NCBI GenBank assembly: GCA_903899705.1
Contig: CAIUKQ010000105.1
Span: 1-63,460 of the forward strand
Source of the DNA: an uncultured beta proteobacterium
Lineage (GTDB): Bacteria > Pseudomonadota > Gammaproteobacteria > Burkholderiales > SG8-39
DNA: 63,460 bases
Reading direction: 5' to 3'
Positions 9,840 through 19,853 of the stretch are shown piece after piece; positions within the stretch are counted from its first letter, which is position 1, and every line of letters starts with the position of its first letter. Made by a program: the position numbers and the translations under genes. Below the pieces are notes generated by a model, which saw only the letters and a list, made by a program, of their open reading frames with translations, was not told the origin of the DNA and did not search any database.

Positions 9840-10777
9840 CAGTTGGATGTCCCGTCCATCTCGCCCTGCTGGCGGGCGATGAATTCCTGAGTGCTGTGGA
9901 TGCCCCGCAGTTGCAGGATGTGATTTCTCGCCGCAGCCTCGACCAGCACTGCCAGATTTCTCCCCGCCGCAACCGGTATCACCACCTTGCGCACGGCGAC
10001 GCCCAGGATATCCTCGGACAATTCATGCAATGGCAGTCTTTCGACCGGACTGGCCACGCCGGTGGCGGGCCGCTCGAGGTGCACGATCAGACGGAGGTTC
10101 ATTTTGGGTCGCACCGCGGTTTCGCCAAAAATGGTCCGGATGTTGAGCACGCCCAGGCCGCGTACTTCAAGAAAATCCTTGAGCATGCGGGGACAGCGGC
10201 ACTCCAGCGTTGATGGAGGGATATGCGTGATGTCCACCACATCGTCGGCAACCAGACCGTGCCCGCGGCTGATCAGCTCGAGACCGAGCTCGCTCTTTCC
10301 AACGCCTGAATCACCGGTAATCAGCACGCCAAGACCCAGGACATCCATGCAGACGCCATGGCGTTCGACCATGTCCGCGAGCATTTTTCTCAAATACCGG
10401 CGCAGTCCGACAATCAGTTCCGCGCCCGAAGCCGTAGAGGACAGGACACATACGCCGGCCTGCGCGGCAAGTTCGGTCAGTTGCGGCGGCAGTGCCGCGT
10501 TCTCGCAGGCAATGATCGCAGCAGGGGCGGCGCGAAGCAGGGTGTCAATGAGCTGCCTTGACGCCGCCACATCGAATCCCGCGAGATAGGCCACTTCGTG
10601 GGGCCCGAGCACCTGAACGCGGTTGGGGTGGATCAGGTTCAGGTGGCCGACGAGCGCTGCGGCGTCATTGAGGTCGCTGTGAATCTCGGCGTCGACGCGC
10701 GCGGCACCGGTTACCGGGGCTAGCCCCAGCTTCTCGCGGTTGTCTTCATACAGCCGCGCGAGGCTGATCTGCGGCAT
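9839..10777 (-). CDS. hprK: HPr kinase/phosphorylase
   Basis: Walker A GDSGVGKSE and LISRGHGLVADD. The 419-aa ORF is trimmed to the internal ATG (cat at 10775-10777), giving 312 aa. The longer form would run through ptsN. Confidence 0.88.
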   Translation of the reverse strand: MPQISLARLYEDNREKLGLAPVTGAARVDAEIHSDLNDAAALVGHLNLIHPNRVQVLGPHEVAYLAGFDVAASRQLIDTLLRAAPAAIIACENAALPPQLTELAAQAGVCVLSSTASGAELIVGLRRYLRKMLADMVERHGVCMDVLGLGVLITGDSGVGKSELGLELISRGHGLVADDVVDITHIPPSTLECRCPRMLKDFLEVRGLGVLNIRTIFGETAVRPKMNLRLIVHLERPATGVASPVERLPLHELSEDILGVAVRKVVIPVAAGRNLAVLVEAAARNHILQLRGIHSTQEFIARQQGEMDGTSN

Positions 10778-11231
10778 TGGGGCTCCATGTGGTGATTTTC
10801 TGATGCAGTGCGGCTGCGTCGCTGCCGGAATTGAGCTGGTCGCGCATTTCGGCATCGCTGAAAAACTGTGCAAGCTCCGAGAGAATCTGCAAATGAAGTT
10901 CAGTGGCGGCCTCCGGCACGAGCAATACGAACAACATGCCGACCGGTTTGCCATCCGGCGCGTCGAACGGAACCGGATGGGTGAGGCGGATAAATGCGCC
11001 GATGGCGTCCTTGATTCCCTTGACGCGCCCGTGAGGAATGGCGACACCCTGACCCAGGCCGGTTGAACCGAGTTTTTCTCTTGCAAACAGGCTGTCAAAC
11101 ACCGTGCTTCTTGCGATGCCCTGGTGATTCTCGAAAATCAGGCCAACCTGCTCGAAAAGGCGCTTCTTGCTCGTGACGTCGAGATTCAGAAGAATGTTCG
11201 ATAGGGGGAGGAGCTTGGCTATGTGATTCAT
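10746..11231 (-). CDS. ptsN: PTS IIA-Ntr nitrogen regulatory protein
   Basis: EIIA(Fru)-type domain with phosphorylation-site context GQGVAIPHGR. Start set at MNHIAKLL (11231). Overlaps hprK by 32 nt. Confidence 0.9.
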   Translation of the reverse strand: MNHIAKLLPLSNILLNLDVTSKKRLFEQVGLIFENHQGIARSTVFDSLFAREKLGSTGLGQGVAIPHGRVKGIKDAIGAFIRLTHPVPFDAPDGKPVGMLFVLLVPEAATELHLQILSELAQFFSDAEMRDQLNSGSDAAALHQKITTWSPNAADQPRAAV

Positions 11232-11421
11232 GCGTAGCGTGATCGGCGGCGGCATTTTGCATGCCGCGGAGACGTCACAGGCTGGATTGAGTTATTAATT
11301 CTACCTGAACGCAGGGACGCCAACGCCGGGGTGAGCCATATCAGGTGCCTGGCAGGCGGGAGATACGGAGAGGCCTGCAACAGGCGCTCTCCGGGGGGGC
11401 ACCATGGTTGGGGCCGCCAGG

Positions 11422-11766
11422 TCAATCTTCTTTGTTGTCCGGTTCAGCGGCGTCGGAATGGTGTTTCAGCGCATCATGCGGGTGCTCCCGCAGTTTGTCC
11501 TTGTACTTCAGAATGCTGCGGTCCAGTTTTTCGGCCATGTGGTCTATGGCGACGTAGAGATCCTCGTCCTCGTTTTCCACGTAAATTTCCTTGCCGCGCA
11601 CATGCACGGTGGCCTCGGCCTTTTGCCGCAGCTTTTCCACGCTCAATATGACACTGACGTTTATTACATGGTCGAAATGGCGGGTGATTCGTTCCAGCTT
11701 GGAATTGACATGCCCGCGAATTCCCGGGGTGATCGTCACATGGTGGCCGCTTAGGTTGAGGTTCAT
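11422..11766 (-). CDS. hpf: Ribosome hibernation promoting factor (sigma-54 modulation protein)
   Basis: 114 aa. MNLNLSGHHVTITPGIRGHV... is the classic HPF/YhbH N-terminus. Lies directly downstream of rpoN. Confidence 0.93.
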   Translation of the reverse strand: MNLNLSGHHVTITPGIRGHVNSKLERITRHFDHVINVSVILSVEKLRQKAEATVHVRGKEIYVENEDEDLYVAIDHMAEKLDRSILKYKDKLREHPHDALKHHSDAAEPDNKED

Positions 11767-11801
11767 TTCGTACTCCTCTTCATGGCTGAAATGGATTTGA
11801 A

Positions 11802-13241
11802 CTACAAGGTCTTTCTCAGGCTGACGGGTGGGATGTGTAATGATTCCCGGTATTTTGCGATGGTTCTCCTGGCCACCATGATGCCCTGCTTGCCTAGAAT
11901 CTCCGATATTCCTGCATCAGTCAACGGACGTTTTTCGTTTTCGCCGGCGACCAATTGCTTGATCAGGGCGCGAATGGCCGTCGCCGAACATGCGCCCCCC
12001 GCGTCTGTGGAAACATGACTGCCGAAGAAATATTTCAGCTCGAATATCCCCCGCGGGGTGAACATGTATTTCTGCGTGGTGACGCGCGAAACCGTGGACT
12101 CGTGCAGGCCGAGGAGGTCGGCGATTTCGCGAAGGACAAGCGGTCGCATCGCCACTTCACCGTGCTCGAAGAAATGCTTCTGGCGGTCAATGATGGCCTG
12201 TGAAACCCTGAGTATCGTTTCGAATCTTTGCTGCACGTTCTTGATCAACCACCGCGCCTCCTGCAACTGCTGTGACATCTGGGAGGCGGGTGCTCCGCGG
12301 CCGCCCTTGAGTATGTCGGCGTAAAGATTGTTGACCCGCAGCTTGGGCATGGCGGCGGAATTGAGCGATGCTAGCCACACCCCCTTTTGCTTCCTGACGA
12401 TCACGTCCGGCACCACGAAGCGCGCTTCGTCCGCGGCATATGCGGCGCCGGGTCTGGGATTGAGACTTTGAATCAGGGCCTGGGCTTCCTTCAGCCGGGC
12501 GTCATCGCATGAGAGCAGGCGCTTCAACCGCACAAAATCGCGGGCCGCGAGCAGTGCAAGGTGGTCGCGCACGATGGCGAGGGCGAGCGCCCGGCCGGGG
12601 GTGTCGGCCGGCAGCGCGCCCAGTTGTAGCGCGAGGCATTCAGAAGGGTTGCGCGCGCCGACTCCGATGGGATCAAGATTCTGCAAATGACGAAGCGCAA
12701 TGCGCAGTTCATCCACGGAAATTTCAAGTTCACCGGGCAGCGCCTCCGACAGTTCATCAAGGCTGGAGGTGAGATAGCCGTTTTCATCGAGGGCGTCGAC
12801 CAGCAGCGCGACCAGCGTCTTGTCACGCAGGTCCAGACGGAGCAACACGACCTGGTCGAGCATGTGCTGGCGCAGTCCCGGCTTTTCGGCCGCCACAGTC
12901 GGCGGATCGGTATCGTCATCCGTCGAGGAGGGTGCGGGCGCCGCGACCGAGGAGAACCAGTCGATATCCGAAGTCTGCGCATCGGTCGTGCTGTCGGTCA
13001 CGCGCGTGTCCGCAGGTTCGTTCTGCGCGGGGCCTGGCGCCGCTTCAGTTTGTACGCTTGACGAAGATCCCTGATGGCCGCTGGTTGGCTCGTCCAGTTC
13101 AAGCAGCGGATTTTCCAGGAGCATCTTTTCGAGCTCCTGATTGAGATCCTGGGTGGACAACTGCAGCAGGCGGATGGATTGCTGCAACTGCGGTGTCAGC
13201 GTGAGATGCTGAGACAGCTTGAGTTGCAGGGTCTGTTTCAT
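11802..13241 (-). CDS. rpoN: RNA polymerase sigma-54 factor
   Basis: 479 aa with the Gln/Leu-rich region I (MKQTLQLKLSQHLTLTPQLQQSIRLLQ) and the RpoN box ARRTIAKYRE. Confidence 0.97.
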   Translation of the reverse strand: MKQTLQLKLSQHLTLTPQLQQSIRLLQLSTQDLNQELEKMLLENPLLELDEPTSGHQGSSSSVQTEAAPGPAQNEPADTRVTDSTTDAQTSDIDWFSSVAAPAPSSTDDDTDPPTVAAEKPGLRQHMLDQVVLLRLDLRDKTLVALLVDALDENGYLTSSLDELSEALPGELEISVDELRIALRHLQNLDPIGVGARNPSECLALQLGALPADTPGRALALAIVRDHLALLAARDFVRLKRLLSCDDARLKEAQALIQSLNPRPGAAYAADEARFVVPDVIVRKQKGVWLASLNSAAMPKLRVNNLYADILKGGRGAPASQMSQQLQEARWLIKNVQQRFETILRVSQAIIDRQKHFFEHGEVAMRPLVLREIADLLGLHESTVSRVTTQKYMFTPRGIFELKYFFGSHVSTDAGGACSATAIRALIKQLVAGENEKRPLTDAGISEILGKQGIMVARRTIAKYRESLHIPPVSLRKTL

Positions 13242-13334
13242 AACGGGTTGTGATCGTCGGGGGCAGGCAAAGCATGCATGGTGACGGGTGTCCTGTGGTC
13301 GAAATCTCGGTCCGGCAGTCGGGATTCGACGACT

Positions 13335-14057
13335 CTAAAGCCGGAAATTCTCGCCCAGATATACCCGGCGGACATTTTCATTATAGATAATTTCATCGGG
13401 ATTTCCCGACGCGAGCACACTTCCCTCGTTGATAATATAGGCGCGGTCGCAGATGCCCAGGGTCTCCCGCACATTGTGGTCGGTGATCAGCACCCCGATT
13501 GAACGGGTCTTGAGGAAGCCGATGATCCTTTGAATATCCAGTACCGCGATCGGGTCCACGCCGGCAAATGGTTCGTCGAGCAGGATGAAATTCGGGTTTG
13601 TCGCCAGTGCCCGGGCAATTTCAACGCGGCGCCGCTCCCCCCCGGACAAGGAGAGTGCCGGTGAATTGTGCAGGTGGGAAATATTGAGATCCTCAAGCAG
13701 CGCCTGTTGCCTTGATGTGATCTGGTCCGGCGTCAGGTCCTGAAGTTCAAGCACCGCGCGAATATTCTCGGCCACCGTCAGTTTGCGAAAGACCGAAGCT
13801 TCCTGGGGCAGGTATGACAGGCCCAGTCTCGCCCGCCTGTGCATTGCCAGGTGGGTGATCTCCCGTGAATCAATGTGGATTGCGCCCCCGTCAGTCGCGA
13901 CCAGGCCGACCATCATGTAAAAACAGGTGGTCTTTCCCGCGCCGTTGGGGCCCAGCAATCCGACCACTTCTCCGCTCGCGACCTCTATCGAAACATCCTT
14001 CACCACGACACGCGACTTGTAGCGCTTTTTCAGCGAACTGGCTGCAAGTATGCTCAT
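13335..14057 (-). CDS. lptB: LPS export ABC transporter ATP-binding protein
   Basis: [17 protein letters not shown] and [12 protein letters not shown] motifs. Synteny lptC-lptA-lptB-rpoN. Confidence 0.95.
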   Translation of the reverse strand: MSILAASSLKKRYKSRVVVKDVSIEVASGEVVGLLGPNGAGKTTCFYMMVGLVATDGGAIHIDSREITHLAMHRRARLGLSYLPQEASVFRKLTVAENIRAVLELQDLTPDQITSRQQALLEDLNISHLHNSPALSLSGGERRRVEIARALATNPNFILLDEPFAGVDPIAVLDIQRIIGFLKTRSIGVLITDHNVRETLGICDRAYIINEGSVLASGNPDEIIYNENVRRVYLGENFRL

Positions 14058-14072
14058 TGAATTCCAGAATTC

Positions 14073-14669
14073 TCAGCGCGTGCCGGACGGTGCCGGACCC
14101 GGCTTGGAGACCGTTGACGAACAGGGGGACTTCGCTGACGGCGACTGCTGCTGATTGCGGGGCATGATGATTGCCCTGACCCTGTCATCCTTGTTGGCCG
14201 CAGATCCTTTGGCAGATTGCACGGAGAACTGCTCGGTCTTGGAGTCGTAGGATATGTAATTGCCGACTACGTCGTCGCCGCAGTCGCGGCGCAGCCGGGC
14301 CCTGTTGAAGAACTCGACGCGGTCCGCGCGACCGTCGTATTCGATTCTTTCCGCTTCACCTTCAATATTTTCGTCAAATCCCTCGCGCTTCTGGCGGAAT
14401 GTCGCGAGGTTGCCCATGGCGATTCCAGACTGAAATCCCTGGCTGTCCTGCTTGACCGTCAGGCGATCTGCATGAATGACCATGGTGCCCTGTGTCAGGA
14501 CCACTCGGCCTTCAAAGACCGATGTCTTCTTTGCATCATCGGCATTCATGCGATCCGATTCAAGGTTGACCGGTTTGTCGCGATCGGCTAGTTCAGCACG
14601 CGCCGGGGAATATGCAAGAAGCGCCACTGCCATCGCGGTCAACGCCCAAAAGTCATTTTTTCTGGACAT
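14073..14669 (-). CDS. lptA: LPS transport periplasmic protein LptA
   Basis: 198 aa with a signal peptide (..LLAYSPARA/E) and an OstA-like beta-jellyroll region. Synteny supports the call. Confidence 0.88.
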   Translation of the reverse strand: MSRKNDFWALTAMAVALLAYSPARAELADRDKPVNLESDRMNADDAKKTSVFEGRVVLTQGTMVIHADRLTVKQDSQGFQSGIAMGNLATFRQKREGFDENIEGEAERIEYDGRADRVEFFNRARLRRDCGDDVVGNYISYDSKTEQFSVQSAKGSAANKDDRVRAIIMPRNQQQSPSAKSPCSSTVSKPGPAPSGTR

Positions 14670-15225
14670 GAAAATTTCCTTTTACCGCGGACAGCAGTGT
14701 CAACTTCCCGGTTTGCTTTTCATATTCCATGCCGGTCCCGGTGAGCGTGGAGGCGCCATTGACGATCAACACGTCGCGGTCCGTACGCGCGGTTTCGCGG
14801 TCCATGAACACGAGCATGTACTGCGTCCGGATTGTGAGCAGGTCCTTTCCATTCGAAGGGCGGCGAACGAGCTCGACGTTGTCATTGAACCGGGCTTCCT
14901 GGACTTCCTGATTGATGGTTCCGTGATCTGCAACAACGGTCAGGTCGGCATTTGCATCGGTCCGATGAAACTTCGGCGCAGTCAGTTCCATGGAATCGTT
15001 GTCCGGGTAGTGCACCATGCGTGTGGCCGAAACGTGATATTGCGCGTCACCGCGTTCATCCATCCGGGCAATGGTGACGTTTTCGGCGATGCCGTCAGGC
15101 TCGTGGCGATTCTTCCCCGGATCGCCCGCCGGTGGTGCCTCCATCGTGAACCTCAGCCAGAGCGTCATCGCGCCGATCAAAAACATGAGGGTCACCGGCA
15201 GAAGGTGATTGAGCCGGGATTTCAT
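14653..15225 (-). CDS. lptC: LPS export system protein LptC
   Basis: ORF trimmed to MKSRLNHLLPVTLMFLIGAM (a single N-terminal TM segment). ATGA overlap with the kdsC stop. Synteny supports the call. Confidence 0.8.
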   Translation of the reverse strand: MKSRLNHLLPVTLMFLIGAMTLWLRFTMEAPPAGDPGKNRHEPDGIAENVTIARMDERGDAQYHVSATRMVHYPDNDSMELTAPKFHRTDANADLTVVADHGTINQEVQEARFNDNVELVRRPSNGKDLLTIRTQYMLVFMDRETARTDRDVLIVNGASTLTGTGMEYEKQTGKLTLLSAVKGNFHVQKK

Positions 15226-15755
15226 TTCAGATATTGCATCATAGAAGCGTCGTATTTTCCCTGGGCGCGAAGTATGAAATCGCATACTTCGCGCACCGCC
15301 CCGCGACCGCCCGGCGCCTCCGGCACAAAATGCACGCGGGACCTGACGGACTCCGGGGCTCCCGAAACGCTTGCTGCGAATCCGCAACGGATCAACACCG
15401 GAAGGTCAAGGACATCGTCCCCCATGTATCCGGCCTGTGCGGGGGAAATGCCGCGGCTGTTGAGCATCTTCAGGAATTCAACCGATTTGTCGGCCGTGCC
15501 CTGGCATACGAGGTCAATGCCCAGCTCCGCGGCCCGCATTGCAACGATTTTCGATCGACGTGAGCTTAGCAGCCCGACTTCCACGCCCGAGTCAGCGAGC
15601 ATTTTCAGGCCATGGCCATCCAGCGCATTGAAGGCCTTCATGACTTCACCGCTTTCGCCAAGGTACAACGTGCCGTCTGTAAGAATGCCGTCAACGTCAA
15701 ACAGCATCAGGCATATGTGCCGTGCCAGTTCCATGGCTTTGACCCGCGTGTCCAT
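15222..15755 (-). CDS. kdsC: 3-deoxy-D-manno-octulosonate 8-phosphate phosphatase
   Basis: 177 aa with HAD motif FDVDGILTDG and GDDVLDLPV. Confidence 0.9.
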   Translation of the reverse strand: MDTRVKAMELARHICLMLFDVDGILTDGTLYLGESGEVMKAFNALDGHGLKMLADSGVEVGLLSSRRSKIVAMRAAELGIDLVCQGTADKSVEFLKMLNSRGISPAQAGYMGDDVLDLPVLIRCGFAASVSGAPESVRSRVHFVPEAPGGRGAVREVCDFILRAQGKYDASMMQYLK

Positions 15756-15778
15756 TCAATGCCCCGAATATCTGGCCA

Positions 15779-16909
15779 TCAGATGGCTTTCGCGCGAAAC
15801 AGGTCGTGCATGTTGAGCGCCCCCACCAGCTTTCCCCGCTGATCCACGACGAGAAGCTGGTTGACCTTGTGGTCTTCCATAAGTTTGACCGCTTCCGCGG
15901 CAAGCTGGCTGGAACCGATGGTCCGCGGATTGGGGGTCATAACCGATTCGATATTTATGGACCGAATATCGCCGGTGCTCTCAAGTGTCCTGCGCAAATC
16001 GCCATCGGTGAAAATTCCCCGAACCCGGTGTTTGCCATCGACAATCGCCGTCATGCCAATGCGTTTTTGGGTAATCTCGATCAGGGCCTCCTGGAGTTTG
16101 GCCTGAAGCGTTACCGAGGGCACCGCCGCGCCGGTGCGCATGACATCGGAAACGCGGGTCAGGAGGCGCCGCCCCAGAGTGCCGCCCGGATGAGAGCGCG
16201 CAAAATCCTCGGCGCTGAATCCCCGCGCGTCTAGCAGGGATACCGCCAGGGCATCTCCCATGGCGAGCGCGGCAGTCGTGCTTGCGGTTGGCGCAAGGTT
16301 GAGCGGACAGGCCTCCTGTTCAACGCGGGCATCCAGGTGGGCATCGGCCTGCACTGCAAGGGTGGATTTCGCGTTTCCCGTGATGGCAATCAGTTTGGCA
16401 CCTTGACGCTTGATCAGGGGAATGATGTTCAGCAATTCCGAGGTTTCCCCGGAGTAGGACAACGCTATCAGAAGGTCGTTGGGTTGCACGAGCCCGAGGT
16501 CTCCATGACTCGCTTCGGCAGGATGAACGAAATACGCGGGTGTTCCGGTGCTTGACATCGTGGATGCGATTTTTCGCGCGATGTGCCCGGACTTGCCGAT
16601 GCCGCTGACAATGACTCGGCCGGTACAGCCAAGGATCATGTCCAGCGAACGCACGAAGTTCTGATCCAGACGCGAGGCAAGTGCCGAGATGGCCTTGGAT
16701 TCGATCGTTAGCACGTTGCGTGCAAGTTCCAAGGCTGATGATCCGGCAGTGGCCACAGCCTGTCGTCTGCCGCGGGGAGTGGCAGACGGTTTTTTCCTGG
16801 CGGCCGGTTTTGCGGCTGGAAGCAACTCCGAACGGCCGGGGCGCGTCTTGTGCAATTTGCCGGCTCGCGAAGCTGCCATAATCATGACGAAAGTATAGCA
16901 GAGCCCCAA
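15779..16909 (-). CDS. kdsD: Arabinose-5-phosphate isomerase (SIS + tandem CBS domains)
   Basis: GIGKSGHIARK, the SIS domain and two CBS repeats. About 45 extra basic N-terminal residues relative to the family core, so the start is uncertain. Confidence 0.9.
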   Translation of the reverse strand: MGLCYTFVMIMAASRAGKLHKTRPGRSELLPAAKPAARKKPSATPRGRRQAVATAGSSALELARNVLTIESKAISALASRLDQNFVRSLDMILGCTGRVIVSGIGKSGHIARKIASTMSSTGTPAYFVHPAEASHGDLGLVQPNDLLIALSYSGETSELLNIIPLIKRQGAKLIAITGNAKSTLAVQADAHLDARVEQEACPLNLAPTASTTAALAMGDALAVSLLDARGFSAEDFARSHPGGTLGRRLLTRVSDVMRTGAAVPSVTLQAKLQEALIEITQKRIGMTAIVDGKHRVRGIFTDGDLRRTLESTGDIRSINIESVMTPNPRTIGSSQLAAEAVKLMEDHKVNQLLVVDQRGKLVGALNMHDLFRAKAI

Positions 16910-17017
16910 GGGTCAAAATGCCGTGCCGCCGGGTGGGTAAGGCGAGTAATCCCATGAAAGCATCATTTCTGACCTTTTTGTTTCAGGCGCATCGCGATGT
17001 CTTTTGGCGGATAAATT

Positions 17018-18991
17018 GTGGGTAACACGCTCCAGCTGGTGATAATTCTGCTTGCGAGTGCCGTTTTCGTCGTGGCGGTGTTTCGCAGCTTTGGTTTGCC
17101 CCCGTTGCTGGGGTACCTCATTGTGGGCGTTGTCATTGGCCCGCATGCCCTGGGCTGGATTCCCGAGTCGCGGGAGACCAGTTACCTTGCCGAGTTCGGT
17201 GTCGTGTTCCTGATGTTCTCGGTCGCGCTGGAATTCAGTCTGGGAAAGCTTTTCCAGATGCGCAGAATCGTTTTTGGCCTGGGGTTGCTTCAGGTCGTCC
17301 TGACTTCAGGATGTCTGGCCGGTATCTGCATTCTGTTGGGACTGGGTTGGAAGACAGGGCTTGTCCTTGGCGCCGCTCTGGCGATGTCGTCTACCGCAAT
17401 CGTTTCACGAATGCTCGCGGAAAAGATGCAGCTGGATTCCGCCCAAGGTCGGGAGGTTGTCGGCGTCCTTCTTTTTCAGGATCTGGCGGTGGTGCCGTTT
17501 CTGGTGCTTATACCGGCCCTTGCAGCGGACGAAACGCAACTGCTGCCCCGTCTCGGGGAAGCAGCGGTCAAGGCGGCCGTCATTCTGACGATTGTGTTGT
17601 TCGCGGGGCAACGATTGATGCGGTTCTGGTTTCACATGGTCGCGCGCCGACGCTCGCAGGAATTGTTCATCCTCAACGTCCTGTTGATTACACTGGGACT
17701 TGCATTCATAACCGAGGCCGCAGGTTTGTCGCTTGCACTGGGGGCGTTCCTGGCCGGCATATTGATTGCCGAAACCGAATATCGGCATCAGGTTGAAGCC
17801 GATATCAAGCCATTTAGGGAAGTGTTGCTCGGCCTGTTTTTCGTTACCGTAGGCATGCAGCTCGATCCGCTTTTGGTTTGGTCGAATCTGGCCCTGGTCT
17901 TGTTCGTGCTGGTGCTGGCAATGGCCGTGAAATTTGCTCTGATCGCTCTTTTGTCACGCGCGTTCGGTGGCCCGTCCGGCACCGCGCTGAGAAGTGCGCT
18001 TGCGCTTTGCCAGTCTGGAGAATTCGGCCTTGTGTTGCTCGTTCTCGCAACAGGCACCGGCGTGCTCGAGGCGGAGTTGGTTCAGATAGTCACCGCAGCG
18101 ATGGTCCTTTCCATGCTTGTTGCGCCAGTGCTGCTGCACTTCAGCGATCGACTGGTATTGCGCTGGTCGAGTTCGGAATGGATGTTGCGTTCCCTGGCGC
18201 TTCACAGCATCGCGGTTCGAGGCTTGAATGCCGAGGGTCATGTGGTTATTTGCGGCTATGGCCGAACGGGTCAGCGCATCGCCCATCTTCTGGAACAGGC
18301 TGGCATCAGAACAATGTCCCTGGATCTGGATCCGGAGCGGGTGCGTGACGCCATGACGGCCGGGGAGGCGGTGGCCTATGGCGACAGTACCCGGATCGAG
18401 GCACTCACAGCCGCCGGCGTATCGAGAGCACGGGCTCTGATCATCACTTTCGCGGATACCAAAGCGGCGGAACGCATCCTCGACCTGTTGCGCTCAACGA
18501 ATGCCTCTTTGCCGGTTATTGTGCGGACCCGCGATGAAGCGGATCTGGATCGACTCATGGCCGCCGGCGCTGCGGAAGTGGTGCCTGAAACCTTTGAATC
18601 GAGTTTGATGCTCGCCTCCCACGCCCTGATGCTGTTGGGTGTTCCTCTTCGCCGGGTGGTTCGCCAGATTGGCGAAGTGCGCCGCAATCGATACCAGATA
18701 TTGAGAGGATTCTTTGAAGGGGAGTCCGATCGTGATGACACAGTAGACCACGCTGGCGAGGTGCGCCTGCATTCTGTAACCCTTAGTGCCGGAAGCCATG
18801 CGGTGGGAGCGGCCTTGGCAGACCTTGGCCTGGAGTCCCTGGATGTGTCAGTGGCCGCCATGCGGCGCCGGGACACGCGGGTGGCAAAACCGTCTGGCGA
18901 TACCGTTTTTCAGCAGGACGATGTTCTTGTGCTTCTGGGCAGGCCGGACGGTTTGGCGGCCGCGGAAATTCGCCTGACCCAGGGGGGCTGA
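17018..18991 (+). CDS. CPA2-family monovalent cation:proton antiporter with RCK (TrkA-N/TrkA-C) domains (KefB/KefC/YbaL-like)
   Basis: 657 aa, GTG start. About 12 TM segments, then the Rossmann motif VICGYGRTGQ and a C-terminal TrkA-C-like region. Confidence 0.9.
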   Translation: MGNTLQLVIILLASAVFVVAVFRSFGLPPLLGYLIVGVVIGPHALGWIPESRETSYLAEFGVVFLMFSVALEFSLGKLFQMRRIVFGLGLLQVVLTSGCLAGICILLGLGWKTGLVLGAALAMSSTAIVSRMLAEKMQLDSAQGREVVGVLLFQDLAVVPFLVLIPALAADETQLLPRLGEAAVKAAVILTIVLFAGQRLMRFWFHMVARRRSQELFILNVLLITLGLAFITEAAGLSLALGAFLAGILIAETEYRHQVEADIKPFREVLLGLFFVTVGMQLDPLLVWSNLALVLFVLVLAMAVKFALIALLSRAFGGPSGTALRSALALCQSGEFGLVLLVLATGTGVLEAELVQIVTAAMVLSMLVAPVLLHFSDRLVLRWSSSEWMLRSLALHSIAVRGLNAEGHVVICGYGRTGQRIAHLLEQAGIRTMSLDLDPERVRDAMTAGEAVAYGDSTRIEALTAAGVSRARALIITFADTKAAERILDLLRSTNASLPVIVRTRDEADLDRLMAAGAAEVVPETFESSLMLASHALMLLGVPLRRVVRQIGEVRRNRYQILRGFFEGESDRDDTVDHAGEVRLHSVTLSAGSHAVGAALADLGLESLDVSVAAMRRRDTRVAKPSGDTVFQQDDVLVLLGRPDGLAAAEIRLTQGG

Positions 18992-19023
18992 TTTTCGGGT
19001 GCCGTAGCTTTCTGGCATGCAAT

Positions 19024-19053
19024 AAAAAAAGCCCGCATCACGCGGGCTTTTTT
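19024..19053. terminator. Bidirectional intrinsic terminator between the convergent antiporter and pilin genes
   Basis: A7-GCCCGC(19031-36)-atcac-GCGGGC(19042-47)-T6. Confidence 0.8.
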
Positions 19054-19067
19054 ATCGTCCTGCAGCC

Positions 19068-19763
19068 TTAGAGGTTCTTGCAAAGCAGGTATTGATTGGT
19101 ACCGTTTTCCACGAACTCGACTGTCGGCGCGGTGGCGGATGCGGCGGGGTTGGGCGCGGTCTGAAGTTGGCCCCTCAACTGGCCGCGAATGGACGAGCCA
19201 TCATCAACCTGCGTATCCACCGCTATGGCCACTTTGTCCGGCAGGTTGCTGGTGCAAATGATGTTGGAGGTAAAACCCATTCCTGATGTCTGGACACCGA
19301 CAATGCCATTGACGGAATTGTTGGGCTGCTGGGTACTGGCCGCCGCCGTTGTGTCTGTCGAACCGGGCACGAAGCCGGATAGGCGCAGGTGCAGCCAGAA
19401 CAGGTTGTTTTCAGGTCCGCCGACCGCCGGTGCCGCTGGAGGGTTGTTATAGACCTGGGTTGTGGCCGCAGCCACACCAACGAAGGTGCCGCTACCGTTG
19501 CCGCCAAACGCCGACGCGCCCCAGCGAGCTACCGTGGTCGCGTTAAGTTCATCTCCGGGCAAGGCGCGATACCGGTCCTGATAGGAGTACATGGCGGCCG
19601 ACAGTCCATTGAAATCATTGATCAGGTTTTTAATCTTCGCCTGGGTGATCATCTCCTGGCCTTTGAGAATGCCACCAAGCAGCAGACCGATAATGACCAG
19701 AACGATCGCAATCTCAACCAGGGTAAAACCTGTTTGATTGGACCTGCGTATTGATTTCCTCAT
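19068..19763 (-). CDS. Type IV pilin-like protein, copy 1 (prepilin-type N-terminal cleavage/methylation domain)
   Basis: 231 aa. Leader MRKSIRRSNQTG followed by FTLVEIAIVLVIIGLLLGG (G-1/F+1/E+5). C-terminal Cys pair (IICTSN...YLLCKNL). AAGGAGG RBS. Confidence 0.9.
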   Translation of the reverse strand: MRKSIRRSNQTGFTLVEIAIVLVIIGLLLGGILKGQEMITQAKIKNLINDFNGLSAAMYSYQDRYRALPGDELNATTVARWGASAFGGNGSGTFVGVAAATTQVYNNPPAAPAVGGPENNLFWLHLRLSGFVPGSTDTTAAASTQQPNNSVNGIVGVQTSGMGFTSNIICTSNLPDKVAIAVDTQVDDGSSIRGQLRGQLQTAPNPAASATAPTVEFVENGTNQYLLCKNL

Positions 19764-19808
19764 GTTGCCTCCTTATTGCCCGATGTCGTGCAAGGGTTTA
19801 ACTTCGCA

Positions 19809-19827
19809 AGCCCGCAAGCAACGGGCT
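19809..19827 (-). promoter_or_regulatory. Intercistronic hairpin between the two pilin copies (weak terminator or processing site)
   Basis: AGCCCG/CGGGCT 6-bp stem with a 7-nt loop. There is no proper U-tract on the transcribed (-) strand. Confidence 0.35.
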
Positions 19828-19853
19828 ATTTATTGATACAACAACCGCCAATA

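Noticed and set aside
9839-11098. Long (419-aa) form of the hprK ORF
   Set aside because: The extra 107 N-terminal residues have no HprK similarity and would overlap most of ptsN in another frame. The internal ATG at 10777 gives a normal 312-aa HprK.
11367-11392. 11-bp interrupted hairpin (GGAGAG..GCCTG/CAGGC..CTCTCC) in the hpf-ptsN spacer, considered as a terminator
   Set aside because: No U-tract follows on the transcribed (minus) strand, and rpoN-hpf-ptsN are normally co-transcribed. It is at most an RNA-stability or processing element, and there is not enough evidence to call a feature.
14476-15816. 446-aa plus-strand ORF spanning lptA, lptC and kdsC
   Set aside because: It lies antisense to three well-supported, syntenic genes. 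The translation is low-complexity (Ser/Arg/Pro-rich) with no motifs. Judged a shadow ORF.
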